Part shown: piece by piece, positions 32,522 to 42,874 of the stretch
Position numbering within the stretch: position 1 is the stretch's first letter
Layout: every line of letters starts with the position of its first letter
From: Pseudomonadota bacterium
GTDB lineage: Bacteria; Desulfobacterota; QYQD01; JAZDGK01
Direction of reading: 5' to 3'
NCBI GenBank assembly: GCA_043806955.1
Contig: JAZDGK010000257.1
Coordinates: 1-49,283 of the forward strand
Length of the DNA stretch: 49,283 nucleotides
The notes under the pieces: generated by a model
Told to the model about the DNA's origin: nothing
Seen by the model: the letters and a program-made list of their open reading frames with translations, nothing else
The model's database searches: none
Position numbers and translations under genes: made by a program

Positions 32522-32913
32522 CGGTAAACCCCAGTGAATCAATAGAGGTTCTTGCAAAACTCTGTTTCGTGTTCCGAGTTCCGGGTTTCGGGTTTCGGGT
32601 TAGAAAAACTTAAAACGTCGAATCCGAAAACTGAACGGTTTTCTATGATGTTAACGCGTAACCCGTAATCCGAACATCCATTACGAGTAGGAGCACGAAG
32701 TAAAAACGGGACTTTTGCAATAGACTCATTAAGATGAAAGACAACTCTTAACATATCCATTTTTATTTTCAATATCAAACCGGACCAGGGTTGCAAGTGC
32801 TTTCTCTTTCAAGAATCAGTCCATCCTGTACCTTGTTTCCCGCTGAAGATAAACAAAAACAACTCGAATACCAAAAAAAAAGAACGGGCCGGACGGCTCC
32901 ATATAATAAAGGC

Positions 32914-32949
32914 AAAAAAAAGGGGCTACAGCTTACACCGTAACCCCTT
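32914..32949 (-). terminator. Rho-independent terminator after tRNA-Val
   Basis: Minus strand AAGGGGTTACGG-loop-CTGTAGCCCCTT followed by a T run. Confidence 0.8.
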
Positions 32950-32958
32950 GATTTCATA

Positions 32959-33033
32959 TGGTGGGCGGTACTGGGTTTGAACCAGTGACTTCCACCGTGT
33001 GAGGATGGCACTCTACCGCTGAGTTAACCGCCC
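32959..33033 (-). tRNA. tRNA-Val (anticodon CAC)
   Basis: GGGCGGT/ACCGCCC acceptor stem, anticodon loop CT-CAC-AC, GGTTCAAACC T arm, encoded CCA; 75 nt. Confidence 0.96.
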
Positions 33034-33115
33034 TGAATTCGACTATTTCATATCTAACTAATGGCAGAGTAAATTTCAAGATTATTCTTTACCACAAGCG
33101 TCACAAAGGCACGGA

Positions 33116-33383
33116 GGAGCCCGTCGGACTTAGGGACTTAGAAGTCTCCGTCATACCGTTTTAGGATCAGGATCAATATCCAATGTCCAATGCTCAATAA
33201 CCAATTTCCAATGAGGAGTGAATCCCTTGGACATTGAACATTGAGCATTGGACATTCGATATTGGGAATTGACCTATGGGTATATCAGCATGTTCCGAAG
33301 CCTTTAGGGGATCGTCCCCCCACTTTCCGCAGTAGATCATCTCGCAAGAGTCGAGTGTTAACGACCTGAGTCCGACAGGCTCC
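33116..33383. mobile_element. Family C MITE with a nested heptamer element
   Basis: GGAGCCCGTCGGACT...AGTCCGACAGGCTCC; contains the ~120-bp CAATGTT element at 33152..33278. Confidence 0.65.
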
Positions 33384-33475
33384 TGGAATTCAATCCGTGT
33401 GGCGCGGCAGACAGAGCGTGAAAGCTCGAAAGGAAGTCCCGCGCACTATTTTTTGCGGAGCGTCCGGTCTCAAGC

Positions 33476-33505
33476 TTGACACCTGCACTGACATTGTAGT
33501 AACCT
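33476..33505 (+). promoter_or_regulatory. Possible sigma70 promoter for the hybrid kinase
   Basis: TTGACA-N18-TAACCT; motif match only. Confidence 0.3.
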
Positions 33506-33716
33506 CCCGTCCCAGGAGCCTGTCGGACCTGGAAGTTTCCATCATACCATTTTAGGATCAATTTCCAATGTTCAATGCTCAATAACCAATTTCCAATTAG
33601 GAGCAAATTCCTTGGACATTGAACATTGAGTATTGGACATTCAATATTGGGAATTGACCTATACGTTGTGTCGCTTCGATCTGCTTTTCCTAACCCGCCG
33701 GAGTTGGTGACAGCAA

Positions 33717-36125
33717 ATGTCAAGTAATCTGCAAAAAACAGAGGCCCTGAGCCCCCGCATCTCAGAGCATATCCTTATGGCGGTCACCGATCCTGTCGTT
33801 GTTCTGGATCATGACCTCAGGATAGTCTGGGCTAACGAGGCCGGAAGCGCCGTTCATAAACTGACCTTTCAAGATATCCACAAACAGCACTGTTATCAGG
33901 CATTCTTTAATCGTTCCGAGGCTTGCGAAGACTGTCCGGTGCTCGAGAGTTTTAAGACCGGCAAGGCTTGCACTCGCGAGCTCGTTGACAGGATTAGTGG
34001 GGATTCCTGGTGGGAACTCCATACCTGGCCTATCCCCGACGAGAATGGAGGAGTTGCCTGTGTCGTGAAGTATGCTCGCGACATTACCGAGCGTAAGCGG
34101 GCTGAGGCGGGACTTGCATGGGAAGCCGAGATTAACAAAGTCATAGCCGGCCTTTGCAGCGCGCTCGTATCCCTCGCATCCACGGAAGAGATATCGTCTC
34201 TGGTCCTGGAACACGCCTTGCGTCTGACCGGCAGCCAATGCGGTTATGTGGGATACATGGACCCTAATACCGGGTTCCTGGTTTGTCCCTCTGTCTGCGG
34301 GAATCTTTGGCAATCCCGCGGCAGCCTGGACACCGGTCTGGTTTTTGAAGAATTCTACGGCCCATGGGGCTGGGTCCTTCAGAATCGAAAATCCCTGCTG
34401 ACTAACAGGCCCGAAGACTATTGCGAGAACGGCTCCCCTCCTTCAGACGCCGTGCAGCGATTACTCTCAGTTCCGGCCATAATGGGCCATATGCTCGTAG
34501 GCCAGGTGACGGTTGCCAATGCGCGTTCCGACTACGCGGAACGGGACCTGGTACTTGTGGAAAGACTGGCGGCCATATATGCGATAGCCATTCAGCGAAA
34601 ACAAGCCCTGGAAGCCGTGATTCGGGCCAAGGAAAACTGGGAAAAAACCTTTGACGCTATCAGCGACATGGTGATGCTCCTGGATAAGGAACATCGAATC
34701 CTGTTGGTCAACAAGGCCGCATCAAAATTCCTTAAGACCACCAAGGAGCGTCTTGTCGGCCAGAAATGCTATCAGCTTGTCCATGGTCTGAACCGTCCCG
34801 CCGAGAACTGCTCCCTCTTGCAGACTTCACGCACGCTGATGCCTTATTCGCGGGAGATAGCCGAGTCTCGCATCGGCGGGACTTTTATCTGTTCCACGTC
34901 TCCGATACTCGACCAGGCAGGCTCGATAGTGGGATATACGACGGCGCTAAAGGATATAACGGAGTCAAAACACTTGGAGGCACAGCTTCTTCATGCTGAA
35001 AAAATGACGGCGATAGGAACTCTGGCCGGAGGAATTGCCCATGATTTCAATAATATCCTTCAGGCTATATCGGGATACACCCAGCTCCTCTTAATGAGAA
35101 AAGGAGGGGAGGACAACGATTACCCCTATCTGAGTCAGATTGACAAGTCAGTGCAAAGAGCTGCGGAGCTGATCCAGCAATTGCTTCTTTTCAGCCAGAA
35201 GATTGAGAGCAGGCTGAGACCGGTCGATCTTAATCACGAAGTTGAGAACATTAAAAGACTCCTCGAGAGAATGATACCGAAAATGATCGCAATCGAAGCC
35301 CGCCTCAAGGAGGGCATGAGAGATATCAACGCCGATCCCGTCCAGCTCGAGCAGATAATCATGAACATAGCAATTAACGCCAAGGATGCCATGCCCGACG
35401 GCGGGAAGCTTGTCTTTGAGACGGATGATGTGGCTCTCGATGCAGAGTATTGCAAGGCCCATTTCAGTGCCAAACCCGGTGAATACGTCATGTTATCAAT
35501 CAGGGATACCGGGATCGGGATGGAAAAGAAGACGCTCGAGCGCATTTTTGAGCCGTTTTATACGACTAAGGAACCCAGCAAGGGAACGGGACTGGGTCTG
35601 GCAATGGTCTACGGCATCGTAAACAGCCATGGCGGGCATGTTACCTGCCAGAGTGAACCCGGCCGCGGGACGACTTTCAGAATCTATTTCCCTGCACTTC
35701 CTGTAGAGTCTTCAGATAATTGGTCTCAGAAGATGGTCTCATCCGAAACCCACGGTGGAAACGAGGCCATCCTCCTGGTAGACGACGACGAAAACCTCCT
35801 TGATATCGGAAAAAATCTTCTGGAGCAGTACGGCTACGCCGTGATTACCGCTGAAAGCGGAGAGGAAGCCCTTGATATCTTCCGCTCCGGCAAATCCCGG
35901 GTGGATCTTGTCGTCCTGGATATAGGAATGCCGGGAATGGGCGGACATAAGTGCATGAAAGAGTTGATCAAACTCGATCCGGAAGTGAAATTCATCTTTG
36001 CCAGCGGTTATTCGGCGGACAGCGACCTGAGAGACGCCATCGAACTCTATTCCGCCTTCTTCATTCCTAAACCCTACCGTCTCATGGACATGCTTAAGAA
36101 AGTAAGAGAGGTGCTGGATAGTTGA
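33717..36125 (+). CDS. Hybrid sensor histidine kinase (PAS-GAF-PAS-HisKA-HATPase-REC)
   Basis: AGGIAHDFNNIL, DTGIGM, GTGLGL, receiver LVDD...LDIGMPGMGG...KPY. Confidence 0.94.
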   Translation: MSSNLQKTEALSPRISEHILMAVTDPVVVLDHDLRIVWANEAGSAVHKLTFQDIHKQHCYQAFFNRSEACEDCPVLESFKTGKACTRELVDRISGDSWWELHTWPIPDENGGVACVVKYARDITERKRAEAGLAWEAEINKVIAGLCSALVSLASTEEISSLVLEHALRLTGSQCGYVGYMDPNTGFLVCPSVCGNLWQSRGSLDTGLVFEEFYGPWGWVLQNRKSLLTNRPEDYCENGSPPSDAVQRLLSVPAIMGHMLVGQVTVANARSDYAERDLVLVERLAAIYAIAIQRKQALEAVIRAKENWEKTFDAISDMVMLLDKEHRILLVNKAASKFLKTTKERLVGQKCYQLVHGLNRPAENCSLLQTSRTLMPYSREIAESRIGGTFICSTSPILDQAGSIVGYTTALKDITESKHLEAQLLHAEKMTAIGTLAGGIAHDFNNILQAISGYTQLLLMRKGGEDNDYPYLSQIDKSVQRAAELIQQLLLFSQKIESRLRPVDLNHEVENIKRLLERMIPKMIAIEARLKEGMRDINADPVQLEQIIMNIAINAKDAMPDGGKLVFETDDVALDAEYCKAHFSAKPGEYVMLSIRDTGIGMEKKTLERIFEPFYTTKEPSKGTGLGLAMVYGIVNSHGGHVTCQSEPGRGTTFRIYFPALPVESSDNWSQKMVSSETHGGNEAILLVDDDENLLDIGKNLLEQYGYAVITAESGEEALDIFRSGKSRVDLVVLDIGMPGMGGHKCMKELIKLDPEVKFIFASGYSADSDLRDAIELYSAFFIPKPYRLMDMLKKVREVLDS

Positions 36126-36283
36126 CAGCGGGCCTTTTGATTTCGGATTTCGGATTTCGGATCTCGGATTGTTCCAAATGCGGAGTGCGGAATGAAAGCC
36201 GCGTCCTTCCATGTCCGGCACAGCAGAAAAAAACGGCCGCAAAGGATAAAGCTCGGTACTACTCAGCACTCAGCACTCAGCAC

Positions 36284-36940
36284 TCAGCACTTCCTGATAT
36301 CCGCCTGGATCTCTTTCCCTTTGACGATGATATCCACATAACCGCCGTTCTTGAGCATTCCCGGGTTCAGGATCAGCGTTTTCCCGATGACATCTTTTCC
36401 TGAAGATTCATGAATATGACCCGTTATGCATAATTGCGGCTGGAACTCCTCTATAAAAGAACGAACGGAGCTGCTGCCTACGTGGTGGTCTCCCGATACC
36501 ATATCTGTTTCCGTGTCCAGAGGCGGAGCATGACTAACAAAAATCTTTACTTCGGCATCCTTCACTTTTTCATAACCGGCGAGAATAAAATCCTTGATTT
36601 CCATCTCGCTATACTCCAATGGTGTATTGAAGGGCGTATAGTTCGATCCCCCCACACCAAAAACTCCGATATGCGTCTTCAGCAAAAAACCATTGCCGTG
36701 AAGATTAATCCCCAGTTCCGCAAGGTATTGATCGACCGATCTCCGGTCAAAATTACCGGCTTGGGCATATATGCACCGGTTGAGATCTTCTACTTCCCGC
36801 ATGACCGCCTCAGCCCGGTCTCGTTCTCCCATATTGGTAAGATCTCCCGTAACGATCAAACAATCGGCGCTTGAAATACTCTTGATCCTCTTGAGATTCG
36901 ATGTCTGTTCGTGGATATCTCCGAATGCAATGATGTGCAT
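36284..36940 (-). CDS. Metallophosphoesterase (Icc-like)
   Basis: GDIH, GDLT, GNFD, SHAPP, GHIHE. Confidence 0.92.
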   Translation of the reverse strand: MHIIAFGDIHEQTSNLKRIKSISSADCLIVTGDLTNMGERDRAEAVMREVEDLNRCIYAQAGNFDRRSVDQYLAELGINLHGNGFLLKTHIGVFGVGGSNYTPFNTPLEYSEMEIKDFILAGYEKVKDAEVKIFVSHAPPLDTETDMVSGDHHVGSSSVRSFIEEFQPQLCITGHIHESSGKDVIGKTLILNPGMLKNGGYVDIIVKGKEIQADIRKC

Positions 36941-36979
36941 AATCTATCCTCTCACACTCTGCTCTCCGCCCCATGCTCT

Positions 36980-37145
36980 CAATGCTGTTGAATTAAGGAA
37001 TCTGACTTCTTAACCTCCTCTCCACCATCTTGGGGGAGAGGATTGAGGTGAGGGGGAAACCGGCCTGGTTGCGTCCCCTCACCCTGCCCTCTCCCCGCGG
37101 ACGGGGCGAGGGTATTCTGACTGCATTCCTCAATTCAAGAGCATT
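36980..37145. mobile_element. Family D MITE carrying CCCTCTCCC / GGGAGAGG hairpins
   Basis: CAATGCTGTTGAATTAAGGAAT...ATTCCTCAATTCAAGAGCATT; interior is the reverse complement of part of 29395..29486. Confidence 0.75.
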
Positions 37146-37176
37146 TCCCCCTGTCCCGTGCTCCATATTCTCTGCC

Positions 37177-37824
37177 CTATGCAGTGACCAAATCCGTTAT
37201 ATACGGATTTGTTTCCTTCTGTTCTTTCAGGGTCGAACTGGGGGTATCTCCGTAATCATGACCGGGCCAGACTACGGTATTGTCCGGCAGCGGGAGAATC
37301 CTTTCTCGAATCGACTTGAGAAGGGTTTCGAGAGACCCTCCGGGCAGGTCCGTCCTGCCTACGGCCCCGACGAACAGAGTGTCTCCTGTAAACAGATTTC
37401 CTTTTCCATAAAGGCACATACCACCGGGCGTATGTCCCGGGGTATGAATTACCTCAAGAGAGCTCTCTCCAAACGTAATAAGGTCCCCATCTTTGATCCG
37501 GATATCGGCAGCGGGTGCGGGCGCAAATCCCCACTGTCTGAAGAGCATCTGAATACCGGGTTCACTGAAAAGTTGATCATCCAGCTCGTGCATGATCACC
37601 GGAGCCCCAGTCAGGGATTTCACTCTCTCGTTCCCGCAGGTATGATCCGGATGGCCATGTGTATTAACGATGTACCGGACCCGGAGGCCGAGTTTCCTTG
37701 TTGTTTCGACAATCCTTTCTTCATCTCCGGCAGGATCTATCAGCACTGCTTCCTTTGACCCGGGGCAGCCGACGATATAGCAGCAGACCTCCATTGCACC
37801 AACCGGCATCTGTGTAATCATCAT
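37177..37824 (-). CDS. MBL-fold metallo-hydrolase (glyoxalase II-like)
   Basis: THGHPDH, TPGHT, GDTLF, PGH. Confidence 0.94.
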   Translation of the reverse strand: MMITQMPVGAMEVCCYIVGCPGSKEAVLIDPAGDEERIVETTRKLGLRVRYIVNTHGHPDHTCGNERVKSLTGAPVIMHELDDQLFSEPGIQMLFRQWGFAPAPAADIRIKDGDLITFGESSLEVIHTPGHTPGGMCLYGKGNLFTGDTLFVGAVGRTDLPGGSLETLLKSIRERILPLPDNTVVWPGHDYGDTPSSTLKEQKETNPYITDLVTA

Positions 37825-38750
37825 AGTTCCTCACTTTCCGTCTTGTCGTCTGTACGCTTCAGGAAGTTGGTTGCAGCTATTGCCGCAACGCAGCCCTCCC
37901 CTACCGCCTTCGCCATCTGAAAGGGCGGACCACAAATATCGCCGGCGGCAAAAATTCCGGGGACGTTCGTACTCTGCCGCTTATCGGTCATCACAAATTT
38001 GAATGACTCAGAGTCCAGTTGAATATCCAAGCCGGCAGCAAGTTCCATGATCCCCTTGGCCCCCAGCTCCACAAACAATCCGTTTACGGCGAGGATGCGA
38101 TCATCTTTCAAAACTATATCCTTGAGTTCATCTTCTCCGCGGAGCTCCTTGATCCAATTATTCTCGATCAGTTCGATCTCGCTCTCTCTGATTTCTCTCT
38201 CAAGGGCCGGCGCTACCGATAGCTTTTTGCAGATGAAACAGGTTTTGGACGCATATTTGGAGAGTGTGAGTGCGCCTGCAGCCGCGCCGGAACCGTCTCC
38301 TATGATTGCCACAACCTGGTTCCGAAAAAAGCCCGCGTCGCAGTCAACACAGTAGCTCAGGCCCCGGCCAAGAAAATCCTTTTCTCGCTTGAGGCCGAGC
38401 TTCTTTCGAGAAACCCCGGTGGCAAAAATCAGAGCGCCGCAGGTTATCTTCGCTCCGCTTTCAGTCAGGACCGAAAACGAGATCTCCTCCTTTTCGATCC
38501 TTATCGCATCCTCTGCGAGAAAATGGGCGCCAAACGATTCTGCCTGTTTCTTTCCAATATCGAGCAGGTCAGCGCCGCGTGATTTCGGCACGGAGCAGTA
38601 ATTCTCGATATGTGCGGCCAAAAACAGGCTCGATTTATCCGGCTTGCCCATAACCAGAACCGAGACTCTGCGTTTGGCGGCGTGGATAGCGGCCTGAAGA
38701 CCGGCCGGCCCGGCGCCCAGGATTATGATGTCATAGCTTTTCGATTCCAT
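37821..38750 (-). CDS. Thioredoxin reductase-like FAD/NAD(P) oxidoreductase
   Basis: GAGPAG, ATG, SYCVDCD redox motif, IFAAGD. Confidence 0.9.
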   Translation of the reverse strand: MESKSYDIIILGAGPAGLQAAIHAAKRRVSVLVMGKPDKSSLFLAAHIENYCSVPKSRGADLLDIGKKQAESFGAHFLAEDAIRIEKEEISFSVLTESGAKITCGALIFATGVSRKKLGLKREKDFLGRGLSYCVDCDAGFFRNQVVAIIGDGSGAAAGALTLSKYASKTCFICKKLSVAPALEREIRESEIELIENNWIKELRGEDELKDIVLKDDRILAVNGLFVELGAKGIMELAAGLDIQLDSESFKFVMTDKRQSTNVPGIFAAGDICGPPFQMAKAVGEGCVAAIAATNFLKRTDDKTESEEL

Positions 38751-38906
38751 CTAACCTCCCCATAACAGTCTTATTCACCACCCGCTCCCTCCGGTCGCTG
38801 AAGAACACGAAGATCGCCCCCTCTTGACATGAGATTTCTTCGTGTCCTTCGTGTTCTTCGTGGTGAAATCTCTGCTTGCAGCCCTGCCGCGCCGCGTGCA
38901 CTGAGT

Positions 38907-39089
38907 TCAATCTTCTTCATTCCGGTCCGGCCGTTCCTCGGGTTGCCTCTCAATTTCTCCGGGAATTCGGTAATCCTCGTCAAACCATTTCCCGAGATCG
39001 AGAAGCTTGCATCTGTCCGAACAAAATGGACGAAAAGGATTCCCTTCCCATGGACATAACCTGCTGCAAATAGGGCATTTTACTCTCAT
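38907..39089 (-). CDS. yacG: DNA gyrase inhibitor YacG
   Basis: CPIC...PFCSDRCKLLDLGKW..E.YRIP. Confidence 0.92.
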   Translation of the reverse strand: MRVKCPICSRLCPWEGNPFRPFCSDRCKLLDLGKWFDEDYRIPGEIERQPEERPDRNEED

Positions 39090-40030
39090 CAAACGATCCA
39101 GCACGCAAGGTTATTGGCCATGGACAAGACCTTGTTTGAAACACTCCCCATGAAAAACTCTTTCGATTTCGAGACCCCCCGCCTGGCCAGTACCACAGTA
39201 CCGAAATTACGTCTTGTGGCCTCGCTCACTATATCTCTGGCAATATTAGTGGAACATTTTTTGATCTTGATAGAAACTTGCCTCTCCGACACCCCGGCAT
39301 CAAGCAGAATCTTTCTTGCCTGGAAAAAGAAGGGCTGAATTCTCTCGGCGCCTTTTTCCGTCATGATCTCTTCTATCCCATCCAGCTCAATTTCGGTCTC
39401 CTCCATACTCAAGAACCTGAGACCGGGGATGACGTGATAGAGCAGGATTTTCATATTGGGCAGGCCATTGATGATAAACCCCAGATGATCAACTGCCATC
39501 AGTGAGGTATCCGAGGCATCCACGGCAACAAGTATCTTTCCCGAAGACACGTCTCCGTCTATAACCCAGACCGGTCTCGTCTGGACTCCCTGAACTATTT
39601 TGGTAGATATGCTTCCCATTATGGCCGACTGCATTCTGGACAGTCCGCGCCGTCCTATGACCACTGCGTCATAGTCGCCTCTACCCGCCTCATGAATGAT
39701 GTCCCTGGCCAGACCCACCTTCTTTTCATGGACTGTGGCCGCTGTGGCCTCTGCGGAGATCTGCCCTTTCCTGATCAGGATATCGACCCCTTTGTCCATG
39801 AACACCTTTGCCTTTTCCTTCTGCATTTTTATCAGTTTAGCAGCTTTGGCGGAAGTTATCTGCCATTCTCCACCATACTCCCGGTCTGTCAGTATGGGCG
39901 GCAAGGGAGGCAAAATGTTGAGCAGGGTTACACGGAGTTCCGGGTCTCCGGCAAACAACCGGGCGACATACGAAACAGCTCGTTCCGAATTAAGAGATCC
40001 ATCCGTAGCTACAAGTATCTTTTTCTCCAT
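39089..40030 (-). CDS. Universal stress protein, tandem USP domains
   Basis: ILVATDGS / ILVAVDAS and two RRGxS...GS motifs. Confidence 0.93.
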   Translation of the reverse strand: MEKKILVATDGSLNSERAVSYVARLFAGDPELRVTLLNILPPLPPILTDREYGGEWQITSAKAAKLIKMQKEKAKVFMDKGVDILIRKGQISAEATAATVHEKKVGLARDIIHEAGRGDYDAVVIGRRGLSRMQSAIMGSISTKIVQGVQTRPVWVIDGDVSSGKILVAVDASDTSLMAVDHLGFIINGLPNMKILLYHVIPGLRFLSMEETEIELDGIEEIMTEKGAERIQPFFFQARKILLDAGVSERQVSIKIKKCSTNIARDIVSEATRRNFGTVVLARRGVSKSKEFFMGSVSNKVLSMANNLACWIV

Positions 40031-40060
40031 AAGCCGATCCTTTTTACAACATTCACCGAT

Positions 40061-40137
40061 TTAGTTTGTCTGGTTTGTTTGGTTTATTTGGTTTATTTAG
40101 TTTATTTAGTTTGTTTGGTTTGTTTGGTTTGTTTGGT
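40061..40137. repeat. 9-mer tandem repeat (TTTGTTTGG-like)
   Basis: About eight degenerate units of TTT(G/A)TTT(G/A)G. Confidence 0.85.
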
Positions 40138-40139
40138 CA

Positions 40140-40276
40140 GTAGGGTGGGCTTTGCCCACCGTCCTATCCGCCATCCGCTGGCCATTCCCAATCCCGGCTA
40201 TCATTCGCTCTCCACGCCCCTGGCAATCTCATTTTCGCATCAATCCGGAGTCATCGGTGGGCAAAGCCCACCCTAC
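40140..40276. repeat. GTAG-type REP inverted doublet (REPIN-like)
   Basis: GTAGGGTGGGCTTTGCCCACC at 40140-40160 and its exact reverse complement at 40256-40276. Confidence 0.85.
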
Positions 40277-40353
40277 GTTACTGAAGTCAAGGATGCTGTC
40301 GATTCTATTTTTCTTTCCATTCCGCAATCCGAATTCCGAAATCCGAAATTGAA

Positions 40354-40737
40354 TCACTCAGCACTCAGCAGTACTTTCTTTAGAACCGGCAGCGCTTCCT
40401 CAAAAGTCACGTTCTTGTTAAAACCCGGACAATTCTGCTGGATCGTAGTGAAACTCGATTTTTCGAGCAGGCTCGGCACGAACGGCCATTCCCGGCATCG
40501 GTCCGGCTTATAGCCATGTACGGAGCACCTGCCGGTCCAGAATATACAATGATCGGCCACGACCTTCATTTGGACCCGTCCCGGCTTGAGCACGCAATAC
40601 TCCGTCAGGAATTCTTTCTCAGTTAATTCCAGGCCTGCGGCCATCCTCGATGTATCCGCCGGATTCAAACAAATAGTATCCTGGCCGTAGCAGCACTCAT
40701 CACACATTTGACATGTAAACAGGTCTTCAATTTGCAT
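40354..40737 (-). CDS. YkgJ family cysteine cluster (CxxCxxCC) protein
   Basis: CQMCDECC, CIF, CSVHGYKPDRCREWPF, CPG. Confidence 0.9.
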   Translation of the reverse strand: MQIEDLFTCQMCDECCYGQDTICLNPADTSRMAAGLELTEKEFLTEYCVLKPGRVQMKVVADHCIFWTGRCSVHGYKPDRCREWPFVPSLLEKSSFTTIQQNCPGFNKNVTFEEALPVLKKVLLSAE

Positions 40738-40788
40738 ATGTTTTCCTATTCCTCGGTGAACGGTCAACGGTCAACGGTGAACCGTTCC

Positions 40789-42525
40789 CTACCGCACCGG
40801 CAGATATATCGTGAAGACCGTGCCTTCTTCCGGATCGCTCCGGCATTCAATTCTACCTCGATGCGCCTCAATAATGCCCTTGACTATGGAAAGGCCGAGG
40901 CCGGTTCCTGACTTACGCTTCGTGGTGAAAAACGGCTCGAATATCTTTTCCATTATACCAGGATCTATGCCGGACCCTGAGTCGGTCATGTTTATCCGGA
41001 GGTTCTCTCCGCTTATCGAGCCTTCGATAAGTATCTTCCCCCCGCTGCCGATCGCGTCCAGACTGTTCTTTATCATATTGTTAAACACCTGGTAAATCTG
41101 TCGATAGTCGATACTTATGGCCGGAATACCAGGCTGCCATTCAAACCCAAGAACAATGCCTCTCCGCTCCGCCTCCGGCCCGTATACGAACAAGACCTCT
41201 CGAATAATATCGTCCACGGAAGAGGCAACCAGATGGAGCTCCGGTTTCCTGGCGAACTGAAGGAAGTCCTGAATAAAACTCCTCACCCGAACCGAATCCT
41301 TCTCCAGGATCTCCAACGCTTTCTTCCCCCGGGAAGTGGATGCCTCGTCCTTTAGTATGGAAACGACAAGACCTATATTGTTGAGCATGTTCCCGACCTC
41401 GTGCGTAACCTTGCTGGAAGCGGATCCCAGAATGGCCAGGTTTTTCGCATGTACCAGTTCTTTAGCCGTCTCGATCTCCCGCTTTATGTAGTTCTTCAGT
41501 GAATCGGTCATCTGGTTGAAGGATACGCCAAGATCACCGATTTCGTCCTGAGCGTCTATAGATACCTTTTTATCCAAATCGCCCTCGCTGATACTCTTTA
41601 CCTGACGGTGCAGGTCCTGAATGGGCAGGAGGAAGCGCCTCACCCGGTTCAGTCCCAGGAGTATGGCTGCAAGACAAATGAAACACGTCATGAAAACGGC
41701 CCAGTGGGCGTTATCGTAAAGATAGGTGTAGATCTCTGCATACGTTTGGCTGAGCACGACAATCCAGTCGAGACCGCTTATGTAATAACCTAGACAGTAC
41801 AACTGCTGATCCCCTTCTTCTTCCATCCATTGCACAGGAGCCTCAGTCTGTGATATTCTTTCCATTATGGCCCGGTCCTTGCGGGGACCTTGTTTGATGA
41901 CGCGATCGATTTCCCGGTGGCCGATAATCCGTCCTGACCGGTCCAGAATATAGACTTGCCCGGTCTGCCCAATACGGATTCCTTCGAGAATGTCCCAAAC
42001 GGACTTAAGATTGAGCTCGGCCCAGAGGACCTCGCCTGCCTGTCCCAGTTTTTTTACCGGAACAGCTAGACAGAGGTACGGCAACCCTTCTTTGGTTATC
42101 AAAACGGGAGAAACAGCGGATTGCCCTGCAAATGCCTTCGCCAGTATTTCCCTCTCACAGCGCCCCGGGTGGGTTCTCTCGGTACCGGCTGCCTGTATTT
42201 CGGTTCCGTCTCTGGAGATCAAGGATACGGAGATGAATTGAGGAGAGGTATGGGTAAATGCCGTGAGAGAAATCTGCTTTTGCCACTGGTCCAGCTTTGT
42301 GGCTGCAATAACCAGGGCCAGACTGTCCAGGCCCTTCCGGGCGTTTTCCATGTAGAGCCTGATCTGACCTGCGCAGCTCTTGAGTATGTTTTCATAGTCC
42401 TGGTTTATAGTCTTCAGGGCGTAATTATGACTTGTCCAGGTTAGAATAAGACTGGTAAGTATGATCGAGAATATTACCAGAGGGAGTACAAACAGGAGGA
42501 ACTTATAGATGATCTTGGTCTTCAT
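40789..42525 (-). CDS. Membrane sensor histidine kinase (TM-Cache-TM-HAMP-HisKA-HATPase)
   Basis: Two TM segments, Cache-like GQTGQVYILD..G.IIGH, HAMP DEIGDLGVSFNQM, H-box THEVGN, DSGSG, GTGLGL. Confidence 0.92.
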   Translation of the reverse strand: MKTKIIYKFLLFVLPLVIFSIILTSLILTWTSHNYALKTINQDYENILKSCAGQIRLYMENARKGLDSLALVIAATKLDQWQKQISLTAFTHTSPQFISVSLISRDGTEIQAAGTERTHPGRCEREILAKAFAGQSAVSPVLITKEGLPYLCLAVPVKKLGQAGEVLWAELNLKSVWDILEGIRIGQTGQVYILDRSGRIIGHREIDRVIKQGPRKDRAIMERISQTEAPVQWMEEEGDQQLYCLGYYISGLDWIVVLSQTYAEIYTYLYDNAHWAVFMTCFICLAAILLGLNRVRRFLLPIQDLHRQVKSISEGDLDKKVSIDAQDEIGDLGVSFNQMTDSLKNYIKREIETAKELVHAKNLAILGSASSKVTHEVGNMLNNIGLVVSILKDEASTSRGKKALEILEKDSVRVRSFIQDFLQFARKPELHLVASSVDDIIREVLFVYGPEAERRGIVLGFEWQPGIPAISIDYRQIYQVFNNMIKNSLDAIGSGGKILIEGSISGENLRINMTDSGSGIDPGIMEKIFEPFFTTKRKSGTGLGLSIVKGIIEAHRGRIECRSDPEEGTVFTIYLPVR

Positions 42526-42535
42526 AATCCTCTAA

Positions 42536-42772
42536 GAGGGTATCTAAAAAGTCTCAATTTTGTTCAAGGTCAAGGAAGGCGAGGATTCTAACCCTTGAAG
42601 GCTGGAAGGCTGGGATGCTGGGAGGCGAGAAGGCTGAGAGGCAATCCCAGCGGGTCGGCTTTCCAGCTTTCTGGCTTCGGCCTCCTGGCTTCCTGGCTTC
42701 CTGGCCTTCTGAGGATTAGAATCCGAGCCTGACGCAAAGATTGGGCAAAAGGGAGACTTTTTGGATACCCTC
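42536..42772. mobile_element. Family A MITE with TAA TSD and inserted octamer repeats
   Basis: TIR GAGGGTATC(T/C)AAAAAGTCTC; TAA at 42533-42535 and 42773-42775; interior matches 1..140 plus GGCTGG(A/G)A / CCTGGCTT tracts. Confidence 0.8.
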
Positions 42773-42874
42773 TAAGGAATTGCCGGACTCGCTGACCTCA
42801 CGTATAAGGGATCTTGGGAGAATTGTAAAGATTTTTGAGAAGAGACCATGCGCGGGTCCCTCGCAACCCCCGGT

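Noticed and set aside
31628-33033. Tyrosine recombinase next to a tRNA, suggesting an integrated element
   Set aside because: Length, motifs and position before hslVU fit chromosomal XerC. No duplicated tRNA 3' end or phage/ICE genes were seen.
37030-37758. ORFs built partly from repeats (also 5354..5614, 9720..10088, 22668..22949, 33358..33723, 44465..44770)
   Set aside because: They translate MITE or heptamer sequence, or overlap real genes.
40061-40350. Repeat tracts as a CRISPR array
   Set aside because: Units are 7-9 bp with no unique spacers and there are no cas genes. No CRISPR array was seen anywhere in the window.
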